A stretch of DNA of 61,161 nucleotides, counting the filler, from Piptocephalis cylindrospora (lineage: Eukaryota), in NCBI GenBank assembly GCA_003614145.1. It is 14 parts of 14 records of this genome, joined end to end, with 100 filler letters (N's around TTAATTAATTAA, not from the genome) between each part and the next. Parts side by side here need not be neighbours in the genome. Positions count along the whole stretch, not along the records: positions 1 to 4,315 come from KZ988538.1; positions 4,416 to 8,726 come from KZ988539.1; positions 8,827 to 13,128 come from KZ988540.1; 11 more parts are not named here. One strand, 5' to 3'. Position numbers and translations under genes: made by a program. Below, piece after piece: positions 1-12,024 of this stretch. The first letter of the stretch is position 1, and each line of letters opens with the position of its first letter. The notes below the pieces were generated by a model, which worked only from the letters and a program-made list of their open reading frames with translations, did no database searches and was not told where the DNA came from.

Positions 1-299
1 TTTCCCCCCAAGAATTAAACATCCCCAACTCATTATTCATCAAGACATAGGGAGGTAATTCCTCAATACTAACCACCCCCAAGACTACACTGCCATGTGA
101 TGTGGGTTTGTCTATGAGGAGTTGCAGGATTCTGCCCCCATACCACCCAAGCCAGTCTCTTGTATAGGTGTGCGAGTGGGCGCGAATCCCAACTCCATAT
201 CGGTATCCTCATCCCTCTTCATTTTCTCTCTTCCTTATCGTTAAATCCAGATCTTGTTGGATCCACCCTTCCACCCAACTTTCTCCTTAGCATCCCAGG

Positions 300-3200
300 A
301 TGGAACAACTGGAAAACCTCTCGCTGATCGCAAAGGTTGCTGACGAACTCAACAACCATATTGGTCTTGCAGACAAGGACTTAGGTAAGTGCTCGCCAAG
401 TCGAGCCCATCTAGATCTTTCCTCCTAACCCTACTCACCATCTCCCTTCGAGGATAGCCGAGTACATTATCCATCTTCATGAGGAGCACCCTACCTTTGA
501 GGCCTTCAAGGCCTCCATCTCTGATCTTCCTGATTCTCTCGTCACTAGTCTCGACCGGATCTTACGGACCATGAAACCTCGAAAGACCAAGGATTCTCAA
601 GGAGGCTCTGCGATCTTAGGAGCGGATGAAGAGGAGAGGGAGCGAGCCCTGGGCTTAGCCAGAGACTTTCCCGGGCTGGCCCTACCCAACTCGGACCCGG
701 TCAAGGAAGACTCCCAAAAAATGGCGGATAAGGGAAAAGCCCCGGAAAAGTCCAGCACTATGGATTTCCTGGAGAATCTCGGCCAGCGCGCACGGGGAGA
801 TATATCCTCCCCTCCTAGGAAAAGAGGAAGGCTCAATGCCCATCCCACCAGAGATTCCTTTGGTCGGGATAGAGAGGTCAGGGAGGATCGATCTGGGAGG
901 TATGATCGAGACTACGAGGAAGATCGGAGAGGGAGGCAAAGTCGAAACTATGGGGATGATCGAAACGATAGACAAGATCGAGATTACGAGGAGGATCAGA
1001 GAGGAGGACGTGATCCACTCTACGAAGAAGACCGACGAGGGACGGTCTATAGGGAAGATAGATCCGGGAAAGGTCAGGATCGCGATGAGCATGAGGCACG
1101 GGCCATGGAAAGGGAAAGACACCGACAATCTCGTGGACCTGGGTCTGATCGAGGGGGAAGAGGTCGAAACGATTATCCGCAGGATAACCGAGGAGAGGAT
1201 CGTGGGAGGGACAGAAGAAGTGGGGATGATGGCCTAGACGAGGAAATTATCTTGCACAAAATTTACTCGGGACGTGTAACCAACATGGCGGAATTTGGTG
1301 TTTTTGTCTCCCTTCAAGGGGTTCGAGGACGTTTAGAAGGTATTTTCACTTTGTAGGGCGGGATGAGCATAATTTATCGAAAGCATACCAAGTCTAACTA
1401 TCCTCACCCATGCTCCCCCTCTCTCTTTCTTCCCTGTTAGGTATGGTGCATATCGGGTCAATATCCGCAGGTCAAAGGATTAACCATCCCTCCGAGGTCC
1501 TATCAAGGAATCAGGAGGTCAAGGTCAAGGTCATGTCAGTGGCCGGGAAGCGCATTGGTCTCTCTATCCGTGACGTAGATCAGGCCACAGGAGCAGATCT
1601 TTCCCCTCACCTACGCGTCAAGACTCGGGAGGAGCGTGAAAGGGAAGCATCTCTTCTTAAGGAACGTGGAAGCTCTAATGTAGGAGGGGCCGTTCCAGTT
1701 ATTGATGATATCGACACTTCCCGGGGAGGCAAGGCCAAGCGTCTCAGTTCCCCAGAACGATTCGAGCTTAAACAGCTCATCGCTGCCGGAGTCATTGATA
1801 GCTCCGAGTTGGAAGACCTCGCCGAGGCCGACGAACTTCCAGGCGGAGGCGGAGGTCAAGGCCTCATGACCTTGGAGGAGGGGGCTGAGGAAGACTTGGA
1901 CATTGAAATCTGCGAGGAAGAGCCATCCTTTCTCCGAGGTCACACCCGCCATGCTCAAGACCTGAGTCCAGTCAAGATCGTCAAGGCCCCTGACGGCACC
2001 TTGAATCGTGCTGCCCTGGCTGGAGCTTCCTTGGCCAAGGAACGCCGAGAGATCCGACAGCAACTAGCCATTGCCGAGGCTGACAGTGAGGCCCGGGATG
2101 TCAATGCTGCCTGGGTCGATCCCATGCCCGAGGCTGGATCCCGGCACTTTGCCCAGGATGTCCGAGGTTCCAAGCCTACCGGTACCGCCGGGCCTGGTGG
2201 GGGTCCCTCAGCCACCGAGACCATACCAGAATGGAAGGCCCAGATGTTCAACAAGGCCGTCACCTTTGGTAAGATCACCCCCATGAGCATCAAGGAACAG
2301 CGTGAATCCCTACCCATTTTCAAGCTACGGGAAAGGCTGATTCAGGCCGTCCAGGAGAATCAACTCCTCATCGTTGTTGGGGACACTGGATCTGGAAAGA
2401 CCACCCAGATGACTCAGTACCTTGCCGAGGCTGGCTTTGCCCAAGATGGCAAAATCGGCTGTACCCAGCCTCGACGTGTGGCCGCCATGTCCGTGGCCAA
2501 GCGTGTTGCCGAGGAGGTGGGCTGTCCCCTGGGTCAAGAAGTGGGGTATACCATTCGGTTTGAGGACTGCACTAGCCCCAACACCCGTATCAAGTACATG
2601 ACCGATGGTATGTTGCTTCGGGAGTGTTTGGTGGACGCGGATCTCCGACAATACTCGGTTATCATGCTGGATGAGGCCCATGAACGGACTATTCAGACCG
2701 ATGTCCTCTTTGGCCTTCTCAAGGGCACGCTTCGTCGTAGACCTGACCTCAAGCTCATTGTCACCTCGGCCACCCTGGATGCAGAAAAGTTCTCTACCTA
2801 CTTTTTCCATTGCCCCATCTTCACCATCCCTGGTCGTACCTTCCCCGTCGAGATCCTTTATACTAAGGAGGCCGAGACGGATTATTTGGATGCTGCCCTC
2901 ATTACCGTCATGCAGATCCATCTGTCTGAACCGGCCGGAGATATCCTCATTTTCCTCACAGGTCAGGAGGAGATTGATACGGCGGCCGAGATTCTCTTTG
3001 AGCGTATGAAGGCCCTGGGCTCCAGTGTCCCCGAACTTCTCATTCTTCCCGTTTACAGCGCCTTGCCCAGTGAGATGCAGAGTAAAATCTTTGATCCAGC
3101 TCCGCCTGGGACTCGTAAAGTGGTCATTGCCACCAATATTGCCGAAACCAGTATCACCATTGATGGCATTTACTATGTCATAGACCCGGGCTTCGTCAAG

Positions 3201-4315
3201 CAGAGTGCCTACGACCCCAAGCTCGGGATGGACTCCCTGGTCGTAACCCCCATTTCCCAGGCGCAGGCCCGGCAGAGGTCTGGGAGAGCCGGGAGAACTG
3301 GACCGGGCAAGTGCTATCGCCTTTACACGGAAGCTGCTTACCGGAACGAGATGCTCCCCACCAGTATCCCTGATATCCAGAGGACCAACTTGGCTATGAC
3401 TGTCTTGCAGCTCAAGGCCATGGGTATCAATGACTTGGTCCGGTTTGACTTTATGGATCCCCCGCCCATCCAGACCCTTCTCACTGCCCTGGAGAACCTG
3501 TATGCCCTGGCGGCTCTGGATGAGGAGGGCCTCCTGACCCGGATTGGTCGTCGTATGGCCGAGTTTCCCCTGGAACCCCAGCTCTCCAAGATTCTCATTG
3601 CTAGTGCGGATATAGGCTGCTCCGAGGAAATCCTCACCATCGTTGCCATGCTTTCGGCCGGTAATGTCTTCTATCGGCCTAAGGATAAGCAGAGTCTAGC
3701 GGATCAGAAGAAGGCCAAATTCCATCAACCTGAGGGGGATCATCTTACCTTGCTAGTGGTGTATAATGGTTGGAAGGCCGCAAAATTCTCCAATCCTTGG
3801 TGCTTTGAAAACTTTATCCAATCCCGTAGCATGCGTCGAGCCCAAGATGTCCGGAAACAGCTTCTGGCCATCATGGATCGGTACAAGCAGGATATTGTCA
3901 GTTGTGGCCGGAACTACGATAAGGTCCGTCGGTCCATTTGTGGAGGCTTCTTTCGGCATGCGGCTAAGAAGGATCCGCAAGAAGGATACAAGACCTTGGT
4001 AGAGGGTACACCCGTCTACATCCACCCATCCTCGGCCCTCTTTAATAAGAATCCCGAATGGGTCATCTACCACGAGCTCGTCCTAACCACCAAGGAGTAC
4101 ATGCGAGAGGTCACGGCCATTGAACCCAAATGGCTCGTCGAAGTAGCTCCCACCTTCTTCCGCGTCGCCGGTGCTCATAAGATCAGTAAACGGAAGCGAC
4201 AAGAAAAGGTTGAGCCCTTATTCAACAAGTACGAGAACCCCAACGAATGGGGGATTTCTCGGGTAGGCCGGGTGGGGCGGCCAGGCCCGCCGTTTGGTGG
4301 GGGGCGGAACTTTCG
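300..4315 (+). CDS. PRP22: Pre-mRNA splicing DEAH-box RNA helicase Prp22/DHX8; exons 300-384, 458-1339, 1441-4315 (runs to contig end)
   Basis: Spliced N-terminus [35 protein letters not shown]-rich region, S1 domain split by an intron, [24 protein letters not shown]. Both GT-AG introns restore the frame. Confidence 0.97.
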
Positions 4316-4415
4316 NNNNNNNNNNNNNNNNNNNNNNNNNNNNNNNNNNNNNNNNNNNNTTAATTAATTAANNNNNNNNNNNNNNNNNNNNNNNNNNNNN
4401 NNNNNNNNNNNNNNN
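4316..4415. other. Artificial contig linker. Identical linkers at 8727, 13129, 17519, 21909, 26298, 30687, 35063, 39437, 43790, 48137, 52481 and 56823 (100 bp each)
   Basis: N44-TTAATTAATTAA-N44 with a six-frame stop core; intervening contig lengths never increase along the window. Confidence 0.99.
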
Positions 4416-4515
4416 CATTTCTGATATTCTTAATAATATTATGGATAGATCATGACCACCGAAATAGTCATTTCGAGTGACGAGATACTAGGAAGGGTAG
4501 GAAGGAGGGGCCAGC

Positions 4516-4681
4516 TCTGGTCGCTAGTGGTAGATATACCACAGGGGCCGGGACAGGTCAAGCAAGAAAGGCAGTGCCTCCGAGCAGGAAGTGTCGGGCT
4601 CCGGGCAGCGTTGTCAGAGATGAGGGCCGGGTCTGGTCGCTAGTGGTAGAGACACCACAGGTGCCGAGACAAGTCAAGCAA
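4516..4681. repeat. 50-bp direct repeat pair (4516-4565, 4632-4681), 45/50 identical, period 116 bp
   Basis: TCTGGTCGCTAGTGGTAGA...GTCAAGCAA twice; minus strand reads CLTC[LP]G[TP]CG[VI]STTSDQ in two different frames. Confidence 0.85.
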
Positions 4682-5078
4682 CGAAGTCCTAAACTCTCGC
4701 TAAACATGAGAACGGTGGCCAGAGTTTTGGGATGATTCATCAACATGATGAGCCATTGAGGAGGGATGGCCACCACACGGTAGTATGGACGGTGAGGGAA
4801 GAGGCTGACCTCAATAGAGAACTATGAAACTGGGCGGCAGGTCGTAGGCGAGAAGTGGGAGAGGAAAGGGAGAAGAGGAATGGGGGAGAGGGAGGAGAGG
4901 GCGATCGCTACTCAGTGAGTGTAAAGTAATAAAAGATGGTCTTTGCTTGGCTGACACCTTTGCCCAAGATGAGGTTTTTGAGAAGGAATAATCGCCATTC
5001 GTGAATTCGTGGGGCCCACAACCTCATTGGAAAGTCATGAGAAAGGACGATTCTAAACGGACGGCATCCACAAAGGGT

Positions 5079-7119
5079 CTACATTGGTGGTGCGGATGTA
5101 GATCGATGTAATTGGGGTGGCCGTGGAGGCGAGGTGGCAGGACTCGGATGCAGTTTTGTGGTAATGAAAGAGGAAGTCGTAGGGATAGGACAGGGTGAGG
5201 ATAACTGGTATGGATCATCGGTAATCGGTGGTGTATTAGGCGAACTCAGGATGGATTCACCCAATAGGCCATCTATTAAGATCCATGGATGACGTGAGGC
5301 ATTAGTAAATAAGCAGTAAAGAAAATCTAAACTAGCGCTCAATTAACTCACCTTGACCTTTAGCGCCCTTCTGTTCCCTTAGGGGTGGGGTGAAGTTTGT
5401 AATGGAATATTGGAGCGCCTCTTGATCCTCAGGAGCAGGGTCCTTTGTGTTAGTGCTCCGTCGTTTCTTGGTTGCTTTCCCACTAACGCCTCCTGGAGAC
5501 CTCTTCCTCTTACTACTACTCTTATTCTCAGGATCAGAATCCTTTGTGGTAGTGCTCCATCGTTTTTTAATCCTCCCCTCACCAATGCCTCCTGGAGATC
5601 TTTTTCTCTTGCCCTTACCCTTCTCCAGATCATTGACTTTCTCATTTATGTGGGCCGAAACAGAGTTAGACTTAATGGTGGAGGGGCGCCCTCTCTCCCG
5701 AAGTTGGTACCGAGGAGTCTTCGCCTCCAATCGAGCAGATCTCCGGGTCGGAAGAGAGTCGGTAATCCTTGGTTTCTTCACTTTCCTTGGCACATCCACC
5801 GTGTCATCTGTGGCCCCTCTTCGAGGATTAGGAGGTATTTTTTGGTGTGGGCTTGCCGCATCTCCGTTGTTCATCACGTCTTGCTCTCTTTGTGGATCAG
5901 CCACATCCATTTCATCCGTCGCACTCGCTTCCTCCTCCCGCGGACGCTTCCCCAGGGAAAATCGAACTGAGCGACGATCAGACTCGGATGATTCTACCTG
6001 TACCACATTTTCCCTCCCTCCAGCACCAATATCATCTCCCCCTCGGCCTTCCTCCCTCCTTCCACCATCTTCCACTCTTCCCTCCTCCCTCCTTCCACCA
6101 TCTTCCACTCTTCCCTCCTCCCTCCTTCCACCATCTTCCACTCTTCCCTCCTCCCTCCTTCCACCATCTTCCACTCTTCCCTCCTCCCTCCTTCCACCAT
6201 CTTCCCCTCTTCCCTCCTCCCTCCTTCCACCAGCTTCCACCCTTCCTCCGTCCTCCGCCCTCCTATTATCAAAACCTCCTCCCAGATTATCCTCCCTCCT
6301 CCCACTATCTTCCACTCTTCCCCCCTCCCTCCTCGTACTGACACCTCTCTCTGCCTCACGAGATTCAGGGGCAGATGCAACCGCAGAATGTGTGGGCATG
6401 ATCGTAGAACCGTTTTGCCAAGCGTGTGGACCAGAGGAGAGGCCCAGGCAGGTCAGGCACCATCGGGTGGCCGTAGGATCAATCACTTTAGTAAAAGGGC
6501 CCCACATCTCCCTGAATATATCCTGATTCTATAGCCATGCAAGATGGAGTTTGTAAGGTGAGTCGTTAGACTGATGATGGCATGGGAAAAGGTATCACTC
6601 TTCTGCCGCTCTATCATTGTTATGCTCTTCTGAAAGGTCTTACCTGTAGAATTTTTGTGACCCTATTCCCTTGACGGAATTCAAAATAGTACCCTCTGAT
6701 CTCAACTTCATCCATATCCCTAAGTGGGAAGGGTGTATTTTTGATTTCGTTGTCATTCACGCTAACACTGATACCTCTAGAGGTGTTAGTTATCCAAGCA
6801 TAGGGAAGTTTGGGTGGGTCATACTCATCGTCTCTTTGACGATGGTGGCTTGGATAACCGGTAAAATGAATCATGATAGTAGGATGCTGGTCAGAGCTGG
6901 TAGCTTCGCCTCGACGTAAGAGGAAATTGAGGCCGAGACTGAGGATAATGATCACAATGGAGGTGAGAGGATATCAAAAGGGCGACTTTTTAGTCGTTGA
7001 TAGCCCCCCACAGCTTACCTCTGAGTGCCAAATGGAATTCCCATAAGGGGAGGCCATGTTCCGCCATCCCATTGTCGGTCCCTGGGAGCTAAAATTGCAG
7101 CGTAGAGCGTTCTGGTCAT
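5079..7119 (-). CDS. FHA-domain protein with RVxF motif and charged repeats, ~588 aa; exons 7119-7019, 6938-6644, 6528-5352, 5272-5079
   Basis: Three GT-AG introns join four ORF pieces in phase (101+295+1177+194 = 1767 nt). FHA-like N-terminus: DG.TWP...FG...SDQH.TIMIH...AWITNTS...VSVNDNEI...PFPLRDMDEVEIRGYYFEF. Confidence 0.75.
6050..6245. repeat. 33-bp coding tandem repeat, ~6 copies (GGRREEGRVED)
   Basis: CCTCCCTCCTTCCACCATCTTCCACTCTTCCCT repeated, with degenerate copies on both sides. Confidence 0.95.
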
Positions 7120-8125
7120 TCTCGGACACAGTAGGCTGGGAAAGTGTGAAGGTAGGAGTTGGAGTTGGGAGTTGGGAGTTGGGAAGATGGGAAGATGGGA
7201 AGATGGGAAGATGGGGTAGGGGAGGTTTGACAGAGAAAGTAAAGGAAGGATGGGGAGATGGAAAACGGGTCTCTGGGGATATGTCCTATTTATACTGCTG
7301 TTTACGTCACTTGGGTTGGATTCAGCGGACATCAATGGGACGATGTGGGCTGGGTTGGTCTGATCTGGGTTGAGTTGTGCTATGCTCAATTCATGTCGGA
7401 GGAAACACGAACACGAAAAATGGACAAAGCGAGACGCGTGTCGGCACGCGCTTTTGATGGACGCGCCTGGCATGACAACAGTAAGCAATGGTGAAGTCCA
7501 TTCTTATGCACCTACTCCGGGAACCCACTATATCTAGTACACTCCTTGGTGAGGGCAGCTGGATCCGAATGCATACCTACTGTCAGGTGTACTGTCCTGG
7601 ATGATTTTTTGGAGATAGATATGTATATATATATGCATGTATACGAGGCCTATTATACTATAATACTATATAATGCCCACCATCTCACGATAGGATGCTG
7701 TCTAGTGCGCAGCGCCAAGATGCTGGGTACTTGTCCAGGCAAAAGAGAAGGCCACTGTGGTTGAAGCTAGCGCCCGCGCCCATTATATACACCCATAGAT
7801 CCGCCCAAGTACTTCATTTAACTCCAGTAAGCCCGATAGTCTGAATATGCAATGGCATGCTGACATGAATCCTGTTGAGTAAGAAGGGCTAGAATGGATG
7901 AAAAGGTGAGAGTGGAAATCAGTGTACCTTCCATAGTGGTGAAAATGAAATGACGCGACTCTACCGCCTCTCCCACTACACAGCAGCATGCCGTGGGTTG
8001 GAGTGTAATCTAGGCGTCTATTTAAGAGGGTCGTGCATACGGGAAGACTCCGCCCAAGCCAGATCCCCACGCCCTTTCCCTTTCCCCCACCCCCCCATCT
8101 TATTCCATCCAAAACTACGTTGAGC

Positions 8126-8726
8126 ATGAAAGGGGATCCCAACCACCATCCCTCGGTTTCCCTCCTTCTCGGCGCTGCTCAGTCTTCTGCTGCAAGTGGC
8201 ATCCCCCCAGACACAGGTTCTACTGCTTCTCCCACGGATAGGACCCCCTCGCACTCCCCTTCTTCCTCCAAGGATCAGGGGAAAAAAAGAAATATAAGCT
8301 CGAGGGACTTTGAAGTACTGGTACGCGACGCGCCCAACACTAAGAGAAAATACCCTGATAGCCCCCATCCCATTTCGAGGCTCTCCTCTCGTCCCTTCAC
8401 TAAGCAAGATTTTCACTGTGGGCACGAGCATCATGTAGAGCCTCTCACAAGATCAAGCCATTCAGATCATTCATCTGTATTATCAGCGTCCTCCTCTTCC
8501 CGTTCCTCAACTCAATCAACTCAGTCAAGCCATCCTTGCACACAGGCTGCTCCGGAACAAGTGGATTCACGGTCTATTCAACCTCAGCCCCCTCATCTAT
8601 CTGTCGCTGCCTCTCCCCCTCCAGTGCCCGCCCCACCCCTCCTTGTACCTCCTCCCTCTTCCTCGTCACAGCGTCATGCGCACCCTCGGATCATTTCTCA
8701 AGAATCGCCGGAGCACAATCGCGTTC
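8126..8726 (+). CDS. 5' part of a Ser/Pro/His-rich hypothetical protein (truncated)
   Basis: Open from ATG 8126 to contig end; low complexity, no recognisable domain. Confidence 0.45.
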
Positions 8727-9608
8727 NNNNNNNNNNNNNNNNNNNNNNNNNNNNNNNNNNNNNNNNNNNNTTAATTAATTAANNNNNNNNNNNNNNNNNN
8801 NNNNNNNNNNNNNNNNNNNNNNNNNNTGAAATGGGCGAGTAAGCAAAGATAAATAGGATAAATAGAAATGAAGTGGTGGGGAAGCAAGGAGAACTGGGAA
8901 GAGGAGCTGAGGGCAGCAGGGTCGGGGACAGATCGATAGGATGGTTGGGTTTTATATCCCGGCGGAGAAGAGTCTGTAGATGGGACATGTGTGTGTGGGA
9001 GGGGGACGTCTTCCCTCGAGGATACCCTCCTTCAAGGACACCCTGCTCCAAGGATAGCCTCGCCTTGTCATACAGATACTCCCACCGCCTGTGCAGCCAT
9101 CTGTCCACTCGCGTCTGGCTTTGTCTTGATGGTGAATGTGGGGGAGGGAGGGACGAATTGGATCTAGCAGGTCGGACCTGACTCCTTCAAGACCCAGAGG
9201 CAGTGCATCGGACCTGGTGTGGGAGGAAAGGATGAAGGGGATAAATCTGCTCTATTATGCTATGCTACTGATGCTATGAGCAAAGGTCGGAGTGTAGGAA
9301 GGGAGACGCGGTGGTGAGCATGGGTTTAGAAAAGGGGAGGGATCAAGGTATGGATGTGAGGAAGGAAGCTGAGAGGTCGCCCATCCACCGTCCGTGTCCC
9401 CCGCCTTCCCCCTCACAGGCTCATCCTTGGGTGGGGATAATAGAGGCCGAGAAGAATAGGGAAAGCGGTTTGTGAATGGGTAGGGCACAACTCCTCCGCC
9501 TCTATCTCACTCACTCACTTACCTACTCACTCATCCACTTGCCCACTCTGTGCATCCCTCTCCACCTGCCAAGGTCAATTCTACGGGATGTCCGACAGGG
9601 GGCGGAGT

Positions 9609-9611
<3 letters not shown>

Positions 9612-9646
<35 letters not shown>
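9612..9646. repeat. (GT)n microsatellite; others at ~20500-20522 (GT), 25955-25991 (CA), 29309-29328 (GA), 56436-56473 (CA)
   Basis: Dinucleotide runs visible directly. Confidence 0.95.
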
Positions 9647-9650
<4 letters not shown>

Positions 9651-10413
9651 GGTATGGGGGGGCTGTGTAGCCATGAGTATATGGATGTGTGGATGTGTCA
9701 AGTGGGGGTTGTGCAACGGCGTGTGTGAGAGAGTGAAAGGGAATGGGCAATAAACGTGAGGGTGGCCGCGGAGCTTGATGAGGCCGGCCTTGTAATTTGC
9801 CACCTTTTTATTTTAATTTTGCGCTGGCAAGCAATGATGTCACTGTATGGAGAATTGCACAGGGGGATGAGAGTCCTATTTTATCGGCTAATTTGAGACA
9901 GAAAAGTCGTGGTTGGATGCCAACCTCGTTCCAATAAGAGAAATGACACGGCTTCTGGAAAGAAGGACCTCTCCGTTGGCTGGGGTACGAGAGAGACAAG
10001 GAAGGTGTATGTAATTTGAGTTTGGAAAAGCAAAAGAGGTAAGGATGATCTATAGTCTGGCTTGGTCTGGGCCACATGGCGAAAGCGTTGATCAAGCAAG
10101 TTCCCAGACAGGGGTGAGCAGATTGATGTGGTGGTTCCTATGAACCAACAGAATGACCTTTGAGGGTGATGATGATGTTGATAGGAATCATCAGGGATCT
10201 CTCGCACTGGCTCGATACTCCCTTCCCTCATCCATAGTCAGGTCAGGGTACCTCTTCCCCCCGTTTCCTTGGCAAAGATTAATATAGTATTATTATTCAC
10301 CGTCGACCGAGGGAGGGTGCATCGCTCTCTTTCTTCTCCTTGCCTGCCCAAACCACAGTGCACAAGGACATTCAGACCGCTCATGTCGTCCTCACTCAAG
10401 CCCCATACGCGGC

Positions 10414-12024
10414 TCACTCAAGATACCCAACGAGGAACATAAGGAAGACCCCAGTGGAGAAGGAGGCCACTTGACCAAGCATTCTCTTCACTGCTCCCAT
10501 GGAATCCCCCTTCTTGTCCTCCTCCTCCTCCTCAATGAGTGTAGCAATGACCCCGACGGCCCCCACGTAGAGGAAACCTCCGGCCACCGATCCCACCACC
10601 CATTCTCCTTGGAGATATCCACCAATCCATGACCCTAGCACACACCCGAGAAGGGCTCCTGACGCCGTAATCAGCTGGGATTGAATGGCCTGGCCCCGGG
10701 AAAACCCTGCCCGGATGAGGATGGCATAATCACCAATCTCATGCGGGAGCTCATGCACCAAGCAGGCCAGTGTGGTACTGATCCCTAGGGTGTGAGACAC
10801 TTGAAAAGCCGCTGCCATGGCCAAGCCATCTGTGAGATTATGGGTGGCATCGGCCAGAAGGTTGAGGTAGGCCGTTGAGGAGGAGTGGGAGGGGGAAGAG
10901 GAAGGCGAGGAGGAGGGGGAGGAGGAGGAGGAGGAGGAGGACAGGATCGACCTCTGCACTAGCTTACTATCCTTGGACGGAGCAGAGTGATCCTTTTTGG
11001 ATGTACTCTTTCCAACCACCGCCACCGGCTCTTCCTCCTTTTTATCCAAATCATGAGAATGATGAGAGTGATGACCACCTGTGGTAATTCTCATAATCTT
11101 TTCGGCCAAAAAGAAGAGACCAAAGCCCAGGAGGATGGCCAGTCCAATACGGTTTCCCCTTGCATGCTCTTCTTCATGATCGTGTCCGTGACCATGATCA
11201 TGGATGTGCCCGTGACTATGATCGTGACCACCACTATGATCATGAGGATAAAAAGAATGCGGGAGGAGATGAAGGAAAACGTCTCCAAGAAGACCTCCTG
11301 CAGCAAAGGCCAGAAGGGCATTCAGGGCTGTGGTGGGAATGCCAGAGGGAAGGGCCAGAAGGAGCGGGATGGGAAGGATGGAGACATAGATGGTACCCAT
11401 GACCGCAGCCATGGTGGGATTGGCGGGAAAAAGGTAGGAGAGGATGTGTTGCTGAGAGGCAGAGTGGTGATGGGGATGATGGTGATGGGCGTCCTTGTGG
11501 TAATGATCGTGGCTATGCTCCTCTACTTGACCATGGATATACTCATGGAAAGGGGTTTCCGCGCTACGATAAGCATCTGATGGTTTAGCTCCTTCGGAGA
11601 CCGAGGAGATGTACTCCATGAAAGGAACATGTCCACGGTACTGTTTGGATTCATCGGGAGAGGAGTGATCCGAGTGCTTAGTGCGTAGATAGGGACACTC
11701 ATTCGGGACTCCCTCGCCTCCCCCCTCCTTCCTTAGGGCCTGGAGATGGGGACAGCCCACATCCTTCCCGCTCGTGGTATCCCCCGAGAGATAGGGACAG
11801 CGGGATCGGGCCTCGGAGGAATGAAAGTGCCCAAGGTGATTGCACGCACTGTAGGGACATCCGCCAGATCCCTCCTGGTTGTGATGCTCCTTCCACGCCT
11901 GGTAGGGACAGGCTGCCCGGGTAGTCTCCTCAACAAGGGCTTCATGAGCCAAGGTCACGTCATTGCGAAGGACCAAGAGAAGTGGGAAAAGACAAAGAAG
12001 ACTCTGGTACGGAGAGTGCAGCAT
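10414..12024 (-). CDS. YKE4: LIV-1 subfamily ZIP zinc transporter (ZIP7/Ke4/Yke4-like), 536 aa, single exon
   Basis: Signal peptide, His-rich loops, LLAFAAGGLLGDVFLHLLPH, LNLLADATHNLTDG, and the HELPHEIGD (HExPHExGD) motif. Confidence 0.92.
   Translation of the reverse strand: MLHSPYQSLLCLFPLLLVLRNDVTLAHEALVEETTRAACPYQAWKEHHNQEGSGGCPYSACNHLGHFHSSEARSRCPYLSGDTTSGKDVGCPHLQALRKEGGGEGVPNECPYLRTKHSDHSSPDESKQYRGHVPFMEYISSVSEGAKPSDAYRSAETPFHEYIHGQVEEHSHDHYHKDAHHHHPHHHSASQQHILSYLFPANPTMAAVMGTIYVSILPIPLLLALPSGIPTTALNALLAFAAGGLLGDVFLHLLPHSFYPHDHSGGHDHSHGHIHDHGHGHDHEEEHARGNRIGLAILLGFGLFFLAEKIMRITTGGHHSHHSHDLDKKEEEPVAVVGKSTSKKDHSAPSKDSKLVQRSILSSSSSSSSPSSSPSSSPSHSSSTAYLNLLADATHNLTDGLAMAAAFQVSHTLGISTTLACLVHELPHEIGDYAILIRAGFSRGQAIQSQLITASGALLGCVLGSWIGGYLQGEWVVGSVAGGFLYVGAVGVIATLIEEEEEDKKGDSMGAVKRMLGQVASFSTGVFLMFLVGYLE

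Noticed and set aside
4250..4315. Unusual GC-rich C-terminus of Prp22
   Set aside because: Likely low-quality contig-end sequence; departs from the expected WRIS motif amid G-rich bases.
5410..6526. Long plus-strand ORFs antisense to the FHA gene
   Set aside because: Shadow ORFs from a low-complexity 33-bp repeat that lacks stops.
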